Below are positions 14,148-29,086 of a stretch of 59,744 nt of DNA, one piece after another. Each line of letters opens with the position of its first letter. The first letter of the stretch is position 1. The notes below the pieces were generated by a model that saw nothing but the letters and a program-made list of their open reading frames with translations, did not search any database and was not told where the DNA came from. This DNA comes from Escherichia coli (lineage in GTDB: Bacteria > Pseudomonadota > Gammaproteobacteria > Enterobacterales > Enterobacteriaceae). The stretch lies in NCBI RefSeq assembly GCF_003334255.1, contig NZ_QOWU01000029.1. One strand, 5' to 3'. Both the position numbers and the translations under genes were made by a program.

Positions 14148-15587
14148 ATGTCTATTGTGGTGAAAAATAACATTCATTGGGTTGGTCAACGTGACTGGGA
14201 AGTGCGTGATTTTCACGGCACGGAATATAAAACGCTGCGCGGCAGCAGCTACAATAGCTACCTCATCCGCGAAGAAAAAAACGTGCTGATCGACACCGTC
14301 GACCATAAATTCAGCCGCGAATTTGTGCAGAACCTGCGTAATGAAATCGATCTGGCGGATATCGATTACATCGTGATTAACCATGCAGAAGAGGACCACG
14401 CTGGGGCGCTGACCGAACTGATGGCACAAATTCCCGATACGCCGATCTACTGTACTGCCAACGCTATCGACTCGATAAATGGTCATCACCATCATCCGGA
14501 GTGGAATTTTAATGTGGTGAAAACTGGCGACACGCTGGATATCGGCAACGGCAAACAGCTCATTTTTGTCGAAACACCAATGCTGCACTGGCCGGACAGC
14601 ATGATGACTTACCTGACAGGCGACGCGGTGCTGTTCAGTAACGATGCTTTCGGTCAGCACTACTGTGACGAGCATCTGTTCAACGATGAAGTGGATCAGA
14701 CGGAGCTTTTCGAGCAGTGCCAGCGTTACTACGCCAATATCCTGACGCCGTTCAGCCGCCTGGTAACGCCGAAAATTACCGAGATCCTGGGCTTTAACTT
14801 ACCAGTCGATATGATAGCGACCTCCCACGGCGTGGTCTGGCGCGATAACCCGACGCAAATTGTCGAGCTGTACCTGAAATGGGCGGCTGATTATCAGGAA
14901 GACAGAATCACCATTTTCTACGACACCATGTCGAATAACACCCGCATGATGGCTGACGCTATCGCCCAGGGGATTGCGGAAACCGACCCACGCGTGGCGG
15001 TGAAAATTTTCAACGTCGCCCGAAGCGATAAAAACGAAATCCTGACCAATGTCTTCCGCTCAAAAGGCGTGCTGGTCGGCACTTCGACGATGAATAACGT
15101 GATGATGCCGAAAATCGCCGGGCTGGTGGAGGAGATGACTGGTTTACGCTTCCGTAACAAACGCGCCAGTGCTTTCGGCTCTCACGGCTGGAGCGGCGGT
15201 GCGGTGGATCGTCTTTCCACGCGCCTGCAGGATGCGGGTTTCGAAATGTCGCTCAGCCTGAAAGCCAAATGGCGACCAGACCAGGACGCTCTGGAGTTAT
15301 GCCGTGAACACGGTCGCGAAATCGCCCGTCAGTGGGCGCTCGCGCCGCTGCCGCAGAGCACGGTGAATACGGTAGTTAAAGAAGAAACCTCTGCCGCCAC
15401 GACGGCTGACCTCGGCCCACGGATGCAGTGCAGCGTCTGCCGGTGGATTTACGATCCGGCAAAAGGCGAGCCAATGCAGGACGTTGCACCAGGAACGCCG
15501 TGGAGTGAAGTCCCGGATAACTTCCTGTGCCCGGAATGCTCCCTCGGCAAAGACGTCTTTGACGAACTGGCATCGGAGGCAAAATGA
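14148..15587 (+). CDS. norV: Anaerobic nitric oxide reductase flavorubredoxin, 479 aa
   Basis: ORF track; metallo-beta-lactamase-like, flavodoxin and C-terminal rubredoxin (CxxC...CxxC) domains. Confidence 0.96.
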   Translation: MSIVVKNNIHWVGQRDWEVRDFHGTEYKTLRGSSYNSYLIREEKNVLIDTVDHKFSREFVQNLRNEIDLADIDYIVINHAEEDHAGALTELMAQIPDTPIYCTANAIDSINGHHHHPEWNFNVVKTGDTLDIGNGKQLIFVETPMLHWPDSMMTYLTGDAVLFSNDAFGQHYCDEHLFNDEVDQTELFEQCQRYYANILTPFSRLVTPKITEILGFNLPVDMIATSHGVVWRDNPTQIVELYLKWAADYQEDRITIFYDTMSNNTRMMADAIAQGIAETDPRVAVKIFNVARSDKNEILTNVFRSKGVLVGTSTMNNVMMPKIAGLVEEMTGLRFRNKRASAFGSHGWSGGAVDRLSTRLQDAGFEMSLSLKAKWRPDQDALELCREHGREIARQWALAPLPQSTVNTVVKEETSAATTADLGPRMQCSVCRWIYDPAKGEPMQDVAPGTPWSEVPDNFLCPECSLGKDVFDELASEAK

Positions 15588-16717
15588 GCAACGGCATTGT
15601 GATCATTGGTTCGGGCTTCGCCGCCCGACAACTGGTGAAAAATATTCGCAAACAGGACGCCACTATTCCATTAACCTTGATTGCCGCCGACAGCATAGAT
15701 GAGTACAACAAACCTGACCTCAGCCATGTTATCAGTCAGGGGCAACGTGCCGACGACCTTACCCGCCAGACGGCGGGTGAATTTGCCGAGCAGTTTAATC
15801 TGCGCCTGTTTCCGCACACCTGGGTGACGGATATCGATGCCGAAGCCCATGTGGTGAAAAGCCAGAATAATCAGTGGCAATACGACAAGTTAGTGCTGGC
15901 AACCGGTGCCAGCGCCTTTGTCCCGCCTGTGCCTGGGCGTGAGTTAATGCTGACGTTAAATAGTCAGCAAGAGTATCGCGCCTGTGAAACGCAACTGCGG
16001 GATGCCCGACGCGTGTTGATTGTTGGCGGTGGTTTGATTGGTAGCGAACTGGCGATGGATTTTTGTCGTGCAGGCAAAGCGGTCACGCTAATCGACAACG
16101 CTGCCAGTATTCTGGCGTCGTTAATGCCACCGGAAGTAAGCAGCCGCTTGCAGCATCGGTTGACGGAGATGGGTGTTCATCTGCTGTTGAAATCTCAGTT
16201 GCAGGGGCTGGAAAAAACGGATTCTGGCATTCTGGCAACGCTGGACCGCCAGCGTAGCATCGAAGTGGATGCGGTAATTGCCGCCACCGGACTGCGCCCG
16301 GAAACCGCCCTGGCACGACGCGCCGGGCTGACGATTAATCGCGGCGTTTGCGTCGATAGTTATCTGCAAACCAGTAATACCGATATTTACGCGCTGGGCG
16401 ATTGCGCGGAAATTAACGGTCAGGTATTGCCGTTCCTCCAGCCGATTCAACTTAGCGCGATGGTGCTGGCAAAAAATCTTCTCGGCAATAACACGCCGCT
16501 GAAACTCCCGGCGATGCTGGTGAAAATCAAAACGCCGGAATTACCGCTGCATCTGGCAGGCGAAACCCAGCGTCAGGATTTACGCTGGCAAATTAATACC
16601 GAACGCCAGGGAATGGTGGCGCGCGGCGTTGACGATGCTGACCAGCTTCGCGCCTTTGTGGTCAGTGAGGATCGGATGAAAGAGGCATTTGGATTGTTGA
16701 AAACATTGCCGATGTAG
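15584..16717 (+). CDS. norW: Flavorubredoxin NADH reductase, 377 aa
   Basis: ORF track; FAD/NAD-binding GxGxxG motifs; start overlaps the norV stop. Confidence 0.95.
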   Translation: MSNGIVIIGSGFAARQLVKNIRKQDATIPLTLIAADSIDEYNKPDLSHVISQGQRADDLTRQTAGEFAEQFNLRLFPHTWVTDIDAEAHVVKSQNNQWQYDKLVLATGASAFVPPVPGRELMLTLNSQQEYRACETQLRDARRVLIVGGGLIGSELAMDFCRAGKAVTLIDNAASILASLMPPEVSSRLQHRLTEMGVHLLLKSQLQGLEKTDSGILATLDRQRSIEVDAVIAATGLRPETALARRAGLTINRGVCVDSYLQTSNTDIYALGDCAEINGQVLPFLQPIQLSAMVLAKNLLGNNTPLKLPAMLVKIKTPELPLHLAGETQRQDLRWQINTERQGMVARGVDDADQLRAFVVSEDRMKEAFGLLKTLPM

Positions 16718-16727
16718 GTGGGCTACT

Positions 16728-16826
<99 letters not shown>

Positions 16827-16844
16827 GTCCAAATGCAACACGTT

Positions 16845-19097
16845 TTATCCGTTCTGGACTTCACCCGCTAACCAACGCGCCGCAGCAATAACCCCCTGCC
16901 CCAGAGACAAACCGCCATCACCCGCCGGTAAACTCTGTGGAAAGAGCAATGTGAAATCAGCGAGATAATGCGCCAGACGTGCACGCAGCAAACGGTTATG
17001 AATAACCCCGCCGCTAAATACCAGCGTAGTGATACCACGCATCGTGGCCTGCTCACGCATCAACGCGGCAAAACCCTGCGCCAGCGCATCATGAAACGCC
17101 CACGCGCGTTGATTAACCGGTGCCTGCCAGTTCAGCCACTGCTGCCAGAAAGTGGCGAGATCCAGTTGATTGTCCACCCGCGGCATTGTCACCGGATGCG
17201 TCACTCCGTGGCATGAGGCTGCGAGCGCCTCCAGAGCACAAGCCGCTTCACCTTCATAACTTAACGTGGCTGGCGCACAGCCCAGTGCCGCCGCCACTGC
17301 ATCGAAAAAACGCCCACACGATGACGCCAGCGGCGCGTTAATTCCACGCTCAATGGCCCGCGCCAGCACGCTCCAGTTTTGCTGTTGCACACTTGCTGTT
17401 TCAGAGTAATTCTGCCACTCCGGCACAAAGCGCAGGCACTGCGCCAGCAGGTTTCGCCACGGCTGCTTCGCTGCCAAATCGCCACCCGGAAGCGCCACTG
17501 CAGGCAAGCCGCCCAGGTGCTCACATTCGCGATAGTTCACCCGCAGGCACTCGCCGCCCCACAAAGCGCCGTTCTCCCCCATACCGATACCGTCGAGCGT
17601 CAAAGCAATGACATCACCGCCATCCAGCGGCCACTGATGCTCTGCCAGACACGCCGCTGCATGGGCATGATGATGCAGTACCGTTTGCGTCGGCAGATTC
17701 ATTTCACGCGCCCACTGGCTGGAGACATAGCCCGGATGCGCGTCATGCACAACGTATTGCGGGGTAAAATCGTAGATGTTTTGCATCAGGCGTAACGCTT
17801 CGCGCCACTGCATCTGGATGCCATCGTCACTTAAATCGCCCAGATGCTGACTCAACACCGCTTGTTCACCGCGCACCAGGCAGAAGGTATTTTTCAGATC
17901 CGCGCCGAGACACAGCACAGGCGGAACATTTTTAAAGCCCGGAGGCAAAGCCAGCGCATCCGGCACATACCCCCGCGAACGGCGCAGCATTTCGCCGCTT
18001 TCGCGCACCACCGAATCATCCATCCGCTGCACGATGTCGCGGTTATGTATCAAGAATCCGTCGGCAATGCCCTGCAAATCCGCCAGCGCCTGTTCGTTGC
18101 TGATAGCTGGTGGTTTACCGCTCAGGTTGCCGGAGGTCATCACCAGCGGGCATTGCAGTTCCTGTAACAGCAAATGCTGGAGCGGGTTCGCAGGCAACAT
18201 TACCCCGACTTCGTTAAGGTCAGGGGCGATATCATCACAAAGCTCAGGAACGTATTTTTTATCCACCAGCACAATCGGCGCGGCGGGCGTGGTAAGCAAC
18301 TGGCGCGCAGCGTCTGGTAAACCGTCAGCCACTGGCAACATGACCGCCAGCGGTTTCGCCGGGCGATGTTTGCGCGCCCGAAGTGTCGCCACCGCGTTAC
18401 TGTTACGTGCATCGCAGGCAAGATGAAATCCGCCAATCCCTTTGATGGCGACAATTTTGCCCATTTTTAACTGTGCGATAGCTGCCTGTAATGCCGCCTC
18501 TTGTTCCGCATGTTCACCATGACTTACCCATTCAAGATGCGGGCCACACTCCGGGCAGGCCACCGGCTGGGCGTGGAAGCGACGATCGAGCGGGTCACGG
18601 TACTCTTTGTCACAGGCCGGACATAGCGGAAACGCCGCCATCACGGTAAACGGGCGGTCGTAAGGCATGGCGCGAATAATGGTGAAACGCGGGCCGCAGT
18701 GGGTACAGTTGATAAACGGATAACGATAACGCCGTTCGCCTGGGGTATTCATTTCGGCAAGGCAAGCAGGGCAAGTAGCGGCATCGGGAACAATTTGCGT
18801 ATTCATGGTGCCGCCTGTGCTCTGGCGTATAGTGAACTCGGTGGGCAGTTGTGACCAGATAAACGGCTCACGCTCGACGCTATCAATACGCGCCAGCGGC
18901 GGGCAGTGCTGATACAATTGAACAAGAAACGTTTCCGGGTCTTCCCGCAGCCGGACTTCTACGCCATCGCCGTCATTACAGACATCGCCGTGAAGATTTA
19001 ATTGCTGTGCCAGCTGCCAGACAAACGGACGAAAACCGACGCCCTGCACTTTGCCACGAATACGCAGTTGGACACCGCAAGATGTGTTTTTTGCCAT
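16845..19097 (-). CDS. hypF: [NiFe]-hydrogenase maturation carbamoyltransferase HypF, about 750 aa; the track ORF is extended to 19169
   Basis: ORF track; acylphosphatase domain, two zinc-finger CxxC pairs, YrdC and Kae1-like domains. Confidence 0.95.
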
Positions 19098-19249
19098 TGA
19101 GTTATTCCCGCCATCATGAATTGCGTAACCCGCCCTGCCGGACACGACAGCGTCGCATCCGGCAGTCACAGGTCGGCGATACCGCCCGCTCCGTATTCTA
19201 CGAATATTTCCGGGAATTCCTTTGATGCCAGAACAGTTCTGTAAGATTT

Positions 19250-19777
19250 TTAGAACATCAGCGCCGTACGGCGGCGTTTTTCTGCGCTCAGTTGTTCAAG
19301 TTTATTACGATCGACACAAATCAGCGCATGAGTCGGGCAAGCCGCCATACACGCCGGGCCGTCTTCACGATGGTTGCACAGGTCGCATTTATTGGCTTCG
19401 GCTTTGTCAGCCCGTACATTCAGACCCGCGCCGCTGTTGCGGATCACCGGACGTACCACCACTTCCATCGCACCATACGGGCAAGCCACAACGCAGGTTT
19501 TGCAACCAATGCAACGTTCCTGCATCACATGAACAAACCCTTTATCACGGCTGATAGCACCATTCGGGCAGACGTTAGCGCACGGTGCATCTTCACACTG
19601 ACGGCAAACTGTCGCCGTGGAAATGTTCACACCTTTAATGACATGGATACGCGGTAAAAAAGTTTCCGGGGTCAGCGATGCACAGTCCTGATTTTCCTGA
19701 TGAGAAACCACGCACGCTACTTCACAGGTACGGCAACCAATACATTTACTCGCGTCAGCAATGATGAAACGGTTCAT
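19250..19777 (-). CDS. hydN: Ferredoxin-like 4Fe-4S electron-transfer protein HydN, about 175 aa; the track ORF is extended to 19792
   Basis: ORF track; four CxxCxxCxxxCP cluster motifs. Confidence 0.93.
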
Positions 19778-19925
19778 CAAATTCTCCAGCAATGACAGTT
19801 AATGCGCCGATACATTCACAAATCATGCCAGTTTTTAATTTACTGTTATTTAAGGAAATTAATTTCTGTAATGCAGGAAAAACGATGTCATCGACACTAG
19901 TGACGATGACATGTGATGACAATGT

Positions 19926-20939
19926 TTATCGCGAAGGAGCAATGAGTGAGTCGCGGCGGATCAGTTTTCCGCTGAAGGTTTTCGGCGGTGAGAAATCCCC
20001 GCCATCGAGCATAAAAATCAGCCGTCCAATAATTTCCTGAATCATCTCAGTCACCGGAATTTTTACGCTGGAGAGCGCCGGAACGGTGTAGGGGGCAATA
20101 GCGATATCATCGAATCCGATAACTGACACCTGCTCTGGCACCGCTACGCCGCGCTCGTGTAACGCTTTCATCGCACCTATCGCCATATCGTCGTTACTGG
20201 CAACTAACGCGCTAAATTTAGCCCCACGTTCGAGCAACATTTCTACCCCTTCGGCCCCGCTGGCAGGCGTCCATTTACCGTTAGCGATAAGTTTTTCATT
20301 GAGCGCAATACCATGCTGCGCCAGCGCGTCTTTATACCCGGCAAGACGTTCAATGCTGGTGGGGGAATCCATCGAGCCGGTAAGGAAAGCAATCTCCTGA
20401 TGCCCGGCGTTTATCAACTCTGCCACGGCGTTAAAACTGGTCTGTTTATGATCGCACCAGACGCTATGGCTGCTGTTTTTGCGCAGGCGGCGATTAAGCA
20501 CCATTATCGGCTGACTGTGCGCGTCAATGATGTCATCGATCTCATCCACGCTTAAAAAACGCGGGTAAATCATGATCGCGTCGCAGCGCAGATCCAGCAG
20601 ATACTGAATCGCCTGGCGCTCTTCTTCTGCGCTGTGTTTACCATCTGCCAATAGCAACTGCCGCCCTTTCTCTTCCGCCATTCGCGCGGCATGAAAGAGT
20701 AATTCACTAAAATAAATGCCGTGGTAAAGCGTGTTGGTCACTACCAGCCCCAGCGTCTGAGTACTCTTCGCCGACAGATTGCGCGCCAGCAAGTTTGGAC
20801 GGTAACCGCTCTCTTCTACCGCCTGAAACACGCGATCTTTAGTCTCCTGGCTGACGTAGCCATTACCTGAAAGCACGCGGGAAACGGTCGCTTTTGAAAC
20901 CCCGGCGCGCTTCGCCACTTCCAGCATCGTCGTCATCAT
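19926..20939 (-). CDS. ascG: LacI/GalR-family repressor of the asc operon, about 337 aa; start uncertain, track ORF runs to 21002
   Basis: ORF track; N-terminal HTH (ATVSRVLSG) and periplasmic-binding-like domain. Confidence 0.9.
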   Translation of the reverse strand: MMTTMLEVAKRAGVSKATVSRVLSGNGYVSQETKDRVFQAVEESGYRPNLLARNLSAKSTQTLGLVVTNTLYHGIYFSELLFHAARMAEEKGRQLLLADGKHSAEEERQAIQYLLDLRCDAIMIYPRFLSVDEIDDIIDAHSQPIMVLNRRLRKNSSHSVWCDHKQTSFNAVAELINAGHQEIAFLTGSMDSPTSIERLAGYKDALAQHGIALNEKLIANGKWTPASGAEGVEMLLERGAKFSALVASNDDMAIGAMKALHERGVAVPEQVSVIGFDDIAIAPYTVPALSSVKIPVTEMIQEIIGRLIFMLDGGDFSPPKTFSGKLIRRDSLIAPSR

Positions 20940-21195
20940 TTTCATCCCTTTACACGCAATCAACGCAGTGTACTGCACCGTTTGCCGATTGTCCTTGCAC
21001 AATCGGCGGGAAAAATATTCAGGTGACCGGTTTCACAAATATAAAAAATGAACAATTCACTCTCTTGCTTATTTAGTGACAACTATTCATGATTTTGTAA
21101 AACCGGTTTCTTAATTCCGTTTCAGCATCGGCATTTTTCCGTCACGTCGACTGATAACAACTACATCTACCCTACTGATAACAGGATAAAATCCG

Positions 21196-24086
<2,891 letters not shown>

Positions 24087-24093
24087 GTAACAG

Positions 24094-24175
24094 TGCCGGA
24101 TGCGGCGTGAACGCCTTATCCGGCCTACATGTCGCACGAACCATGAAGGCCCGATAAGCGCAGCGCATCGGGCAA
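24094..24175. repeat. REP cluster between ascB and hycI
   Basis: gtgccggatgcggcgtgaacgccttatccggcctac and a second REP-like unit gaaggcccgataagcgcagcgcatcgggca. Confidence 0.85.
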
Positions 24176-24244
24176 TTTAGCATTTGGCATCAGAGCTGGT
24201 TCACCCCATCAAGAACATCCCTGTCCTGATTCCTTAATGAAAAA

Positions 24245-24715
24245 CTACTCTTCTTCCACCGCTAACTGCGCGAAGCCGCCATTTCCTTCCCAGCCTTCCA
24301 GTCGTTGATAAACGGTTTCTACCGCATCTTTAATCGGCTGGGTCATCGGGTAGTAAAAGCCGACGATATCCGGCTGAATGCCGAGGAAAATCACTTCGCC
24401 AATATCTTCTTTCAACTGGTCGATAAGGTAATTCAACGGCATGTTATGGGTAGTCATCATAAACATCTCGGCGATATCATCCGGGTCGATGATGCGGATC
24501 TCGCCGGGGTTTAGCCCCATATCCGTGGCGTCGACAATCAGCAGTCGTGTCGGGCGCAGTTCACGGATAGCGACGATGTCGTTTTCCGGTGCGCTACCGC
24601 CGTCAATCACCACCCAGTTACCTTTCGGCGCGGCGGCGCACTTTTCCGCCAGCAGCGGACCTGCGCCATCATCGCCCATCATGCTATTGCCAACACAGAG
24701 TAAAACGTCAGTCAC
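24245..24715 (-). CDS. hycI: Hydrogenase 3 maturation endopeptidase HycI, 156 aa
   Basis: ORF track; last gene of the hyc operon. Confidence 0.93.
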   Translation of the reverse strand: MTDVLLCVGNSMMGDDGAGPLLAEKCAAAPKGNWVVIDGGSAPENDIVAIRELRPTRLLIVDATDMGLNPGEIRIIDPDDIAEMFMMTTHNMPLNYLIDQLKEDIGEVIFLGIQPDIVGFYYPMTQPIKDAVETVYQRLEGWEGNGGFAQLAVEEE

Positions 24716-25118
24716 GCAGTCTCCTCACCATCAAATAGATGGCGTTTTCCTGATGAATATCATGCAGCATACTTAACAGCATTGTACTCCATTCCTGCTG
24801 CTGCGAAGTTTGCGCTGCCCGGGCTTTATCGAATGCGTTGGCCAGCATCGGCACATGGTTAATGTCGATGACGATCTCACCATATTTCGGCACGCCTTCC
24901 ATTTTGCGGCGGGCTTCACTGCCTGCCTCCAGAGTGGCAATCCATGCCAGATATTCATCCCACGGGCTGGTGAGCGCCGCTTCCAGGCAATCGATAACCC
25001 CAAGGTGGTGACCAATCGCCAGGCTGTAATAGACCACCTGCTGCGCCTCGGCGGGCGTGGCATCGTTCTCATCAATAAATTTACGGCTCAGTTGACTGAA
25101 CACCACCTTTTCACTCAT
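24708..25118 (-). CDS. hycH: Formate hydrogenlyase maturation protein HycH, 136 aa
   Basis: ORF track; operon position. Confidence 0.9.
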   Translation of the reverse strand: MSEKVVFSQLSRKFIDENDATPAEAQQVVYYSLAIGHHLGVIDCLEAALTSPWDEYLAWIATLEAGSEARRKMEGVPKYGEIVIDINHVPMLANAFDKARAAQTSQQQEWSTMLLSMLHDIHQENAIYLMVRRLRD

Positions 25119-25882
25119 CGGATACGCGCCTCTTCAACAACATGATTCAGATGGCTGACAATCTCGTTCAGACGCGGATCGTTTTCCGCTTCCAGCCAGC
25201 GTGCAACCTGTTCTTCGCCCTGCCCTAACTGTGTAAGGTAATCATCGGCAATCTGACGACCGTAACGATAACCCGCCAGGCGACGTGCTTCGCGATCCAC
25301 TTTCACGCGCAGCGGCTGCACCATATCACCATGCAGGATCTCCGCCGGTTGTTCATCCAGTTCACCCGGCCCACGGGCGTGAATTTTCTGCTCCAGCAGG
25401 CCGAGCGCCATTGCAAAGCCGTACAGCGTGGCGGCAGGCGTTGGCGGGCAGCCAGGGATATAAACATCCACAGGGACAATTTTATCCGTACCGCCCCACA
25501 CGCAGTAGAGATCGTGGAAGATCCCGCCACTGTTACCGCAGGCACCGTAGGAGATACAAATTTTCGGGTCCGGCGCGGACTGCCACGCACGCAGCGCAGG
25601 GGATCGCATTGCACGGGTGACCGCGCCGGTAAACAGTAAAATATCCGCATGACGCGGTGAAGGAACGACTTTAATGCCGAAGCGTTCTGCATCAAACAGC
25701 GGCGAAAGCGTGGCGAAAATTTCGATTTCGCAACCGTTGCAGCCGCCGCAGTCCACGCGGTAAACATAGGCAGAACGTTTGATTTTTTTCAGTAACGACG
25801 CCTTCATGCTGGCGATGGATTCATCCACCGTCATGGGGACCGGAATGCCGTTGGCGTCACGGGGGCCTAATAAATTGCTCAT
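25115..25882 (-). CDS. hycG: Hydrogenase 3 small subunit HycG (NuoB-like), 255 aa
   Basis: ORF track; NuoB-type cysteine motifs. Confidence 0.94.
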
Positions 25883-26424
25883 CAGATGGCCTCTTTCATA
25901 TGGCGAGTCAGTTCAATACGGTCGGACGGCACCAGGCATTTCTGGCGCTTACATTCCGGGCAAGTCTCAAAGCTTTCGCGGTGGTTTTCCGCGCGGCTGT
26001 CGCCGTTGTGCTTAAGCAGCGCAATGGCGTAGTCGATCTCTTTCTGGACGGCGAAAGGACGATTGCAGACGCGGCAGTTGCACAGCGCGAAGCGGGACTG
26101 TTGCAGGAAGTCTTCTTTCTTCCACACCGCCAGTTCGTACTCTTGCGACAGTTTGATCGCCGCCGTCGGGCAGACTTCTTCGCAGCGTCCACAGAAGATG
26201 CAGTGCCCAAGATTAAACTCCCAGGCAAGCTCTCCTGTGGCGAGGTCAGTTTCAACCGTTAAGGCGTTTGACGGGCAGGCATTGACGCAGGCCGCGCAGC
26301 CGATGCACTGCTGCGGGTTCTGCTCTGGCTTACCACGGAAGTTTTTATCAACCGCAATCGGCTCCAGCGGATAAGACGAGGTCGCCGTGCCGGTTTTGAT
26401 GACTTTTTTGATAAAGGTAAACAT
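25882..26424 (-). CDS. hycF: Formate hydrogenlyase 4Fe-4S subunit HycF, 180 aa
   Basis: ORF track; two ferredoxin-type CxxCxxCxxxCP motifs. Confidence 0.94.
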   Translation of the reverse strand: MFTFIKKVIKTGTATSSYPLEPIAVDKNFRGKPEQNPQQCIGCAACVNACPSNALTVETDLATGELAWEFNLGHCIFCGRCEEVCPTAAIKLSQEYELAVWKKEDFLQQSRFALCNCRVCNRPFAVQKEIDYAIALLKHNGDSRAENHRESFETCPECKRQKCLVPSDRIELTRHMKEAI

Positions 26425-26433
26425 GGCGATTCC

Positions 26434-28143
26434 TTATTTCAGCGGCGAGTTTTTACGCTCAATGCTGTAACGCTCGAGTTCTTTGTACGGCACCACTTTG
26501 CTCTTCTTCTTACGCACATCGACCACGGTCATGCGGTCGGTACAGGAGTAGCAAGGGTCGAGGCTACCGATAATCAGCGGCGCATCGGAAACGGTGTTGC
26601 CGCGCAGCATGTAGCGCAGGGTCGGCCAGTTCGCGTAGGTCGCGGCACGGCAGCGCCAGCGGTACAGCTTCTGGTTGTCGCCGGTCATGCTCCAGTGGAT
26701 ATCATCGCCGCGCGGCGCTTCGGCAAAGCCCAGCGCAAAGCGGTGCGGAATGTAGGTAAAGCCTTCCACCATCAGTGGGCCACCCGGCAGGTTATCCAGA
26801 CCGTAGTCGATCATGTTCAGCGCGGTATAGACTTCGTTGATACGCACTTTCAGACGGGAAATAACGTCGCAGCCCTGCTCGCTGTGGACTTCCATTGGCA
26901 GCAGGCCATAGCCGACAAACGGGTGATCGGCGCGGGTATCACGGGCGTGACCGCTGGCACGGACCATCGGGCCGACGTTACTGAAGTCGCGAGCGATTTC
27001 CGGGTCCAGACGACCAATGCCGACAGTGCGCTGTTCCATGTTCGGAGTGCTCAGCAGCACATCCACCAGCTCCTGCACTTCACGACGCATCTGTTGTGCC
27101 AGCTGGCGGGTCTGGATCATGTCGTCTTTCAGCAGATCGCGACGAATCCCGCCGATCAAGTTCAGGCCGTAGGTTTTACGCGCACCGGTAAGGATCTCTG
27201 CCATTTTCATGGAGGTTTCACGCACGCGGAAGAACTGCATAAAGCCGGAGTCGAAGCCGGTAAAGTGACAGGCCAGGCCAAGGTTGAGCAGATGCGAGTG
27301 CAAGCGTTCTACCTCCAGCAGAATGGCGCGGATCATCTGCGCACGTTCTGGCACCTGAATACCCATCGCGTTTTCCACCGACGTGGTGTAGGCGGTGCTG
27401 TGGGCAAAGCCGCAGATCCCGCACACACGGTCAGAGAGGAAGGTCACTTCGTTATAACCCATACGGGTTTCCGCCAGTTTTTCCATGCCGCGATGGACGT
27501 AGAACAGACGGTAGTCGGCGTCGATAATGTTTTCGCCATCGACGAACAGACGGAAGTGGCCCGGTTCATCAGAAGTGACGTGCAGCGGACCAATCGGCAC
27601 GACGTTGTTTTTCTTGTCGCCCAGTTCGTTGATGAACTCGTAGGTTTCAGCATCGGTGGTCGGTGCCGGACGCTGACGATAATCCATGCTGTCTTTACGC
27701 AGCGGATAAAGTTCATCCGGCCAGTCATCCGGCAGCACCAGACGACGTTCATCCGGCAGACCAACCGGAATCAAACCGTACATATCGCGCACTTCACGCT
27801 CGCCCCACACCGCCGCCGGAACGCGCGGCGTCACGGACGGATATTCCGGTTTGTTGGCGTCAACTTCGACGCGAACCGTAATCCAACACTTAGTGCCCTT
27901 CTCCATCGACAGCACGTAGTAAACGGCGTAATGACCATTCAGTTTGCGTTCGTCGTTACCAAACAGCACCGACAGCCAGCCACCCTGTTTGTAGTAAAGA
28001 AACTCCACCACTTCCGGCAGGTAGTTCACCTTTACGGTGACAGTCAGCTGATCTTTGGTCTGCCAGGCGTGGTCCAGCACGACGCCCGGAAATGCCTCAT
28101 TCAGCGCGGCGAGATAATGTTGACCTAATTTTTCTTCAGACAT
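26434..28143 (-). CDS. hycE: Hydrogenase 3 large [NiFe] subunit HycE, about 569 aa; the track ORF is extended to 28164
   Basis: ORF track; NuoC/NuoD-like fusion with N-terminal RxCGxC and C-terminal DPCxxC nickel-binding motifs. Confidence 0.95.
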   Translation of the reverse strand: MSEEKLGQHYLAALNEAFPGVVLDHAWQTKDQLTVTVKVNYLPEVVEFLYYKQGGWLSVLFGNDERKLNGHYAVYYVLSMEKGTKCWITVRVEVDANKPEYPSVTPRVPAAVWGEREVRDMYGLIPVGLPDERRLVLPDDWPDELYPLRKDSMDYRQRPAPTTDAETYEFINELGDKKNNVVPIGPLHVTSDEPGHFRLFVDGENIIDADYRLFYVHRGMEKLAETRMGYNEVTFLSDRVCGICGFAHSTAYTTSVENAMGIQVPERAQMIRAILLEVERLHSHLLNLGLACHFTGFDSGFMQFFRVRETSMKMAEILTGARKTYGLNLIGGIRRDLLKDDMIQTRQLAQQMRREVQELVDVLLSTPNMEQRTVGIGRLDPEIARDFSNVGPMVRASGHARDTRADHPFVGYGLLPMEVHSEQGCDVISRLKVRINEVYTALNMIDYGLDNLPGGPLMVEGFTYIPHRFALGFAEAPRGDDIHWSMTGDNQKLYRWRCRAATYANWPTLRYMLRGNTVSDAPLIIGSLDPCYSCTDRMTVVDVRKKKSKVVPYKELERYSIERKNSPLK

Positions 28144-28160
28144 GCTCAAACTCTCTTTAA

Positions 28161-29084
28161 TCACGCCGCCAGCAAGGAGACGAACGCTAAAAATGCAAAG
28201 CCAAACCCAGCCCAGGTAATGCGCGGAGTAATATCAAGACGCAGACGGGCCATGCTGTTTTCGAACAGCGCGATAACCAGGACGCCGACCACCAGTTTTA
28301 CGATGGCAATCACCAGCGCCAGCAGCAGTCCACCGGCGGTGAAGGTTTCCATTTGTCCCCACGGAATAAACACCCCGACGAACATCTGCAACACCACCAG
28401 CTGTTTCAGGCTGATACCCCATTTCATGACGCCAAAGCCGCTGCCGCTGTATTCAGAGAGCGGGCCTTCCTGCAGCTCCTGCTCGGCTTCCGCCAGGTCG
28501 AACGGCAGTTTGCCCATTTCGATAAAGGTGGCGAACGCACAGGCACAAAGCGCCAGTACCAGCGGGATGCTCTGGCTCAGCGGCCAGTGATAAACGGTGT
28601 CGGTGATGTTGCTGATGTTGGTGGAACCGGCAACCTGTGCGGCAACCCACAGACCAAGCAGCAGCATCGGTTCGACCAGCACGCCAAGCATCGCTTCACG
28701 GCTCGCGCCGATAGCGGTAAACGGGCTACCGGTATCCAGACCAGAAATGGCAAAGAAGAAACGCGCGATGGCAAAGAGATACAGTAAGGTGATCAAATCA
28801 CCCAGTTGCGGCAGCGGAGAACCGACGGTCACCACCGGCAGCGCAGTAGCGATAGTCAGCATGACGCCCACCATCACATACGGCGTCAGGCGGAACACCC
28901 AGCCGGAGGCATCCGGGCCGACGCTCTGACGCCCCAGCAGTTTGATAATGTCGCGATACTCCTGCAACACGCCCGGCCCGCGACGGTTATGCAAGCGGGC
29001 GCGCGCCACGCGGGTTATACCGGAGAGCAGCGGCGCAACGGCAAATAACACCAGCGCCTGAATTAACGGATATAAAACACTCAT
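28161..29084 (-). CDS. hycD: Formate hydrogenlyase membrane subunit HycD (NuoH-like), 307 aa
   Basis: ORF track; polytopic membrane protein. Confidence 0.93.
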   Translation of the reverse strand: MSVLYPLIQALVLFAVAPLLSGITRVARARLHNRRGPGVLQEYRDIIKLLGRQSVGPDASGWVFRLTPYVMVGVMLTIATALPVVTVGSPLPQLGDLITLLYLFAIARFFFAISGLDTGSPFTAIGASREAMLGVLVEPMLLLGLWVAAQVAGSTNISNITDTVYHWPLSQSIPLVLALCACAFATFIEMGKLPFDLAEAEQELQEGPLSEYSGSGFGVMKWGISLKQLVVLQMFVGVFIPWGQMETFTAGGLLLALVIAIVKLVVGVLVIALFENSMARLRLDITPRITWAGFGFAFLAFVSLLAA

Positions 29085-29086
29085 TC

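Noticed and set aside
26695-28128. 477-aa ORF on the + strand
   Set aside because: Antisense shadow ORF inside hycE; the same applies to the long antisense ORFs inside hypF (17379-18426), hycC (30248-30826), mutS (39196-39768) and fhlA (37003-37368).
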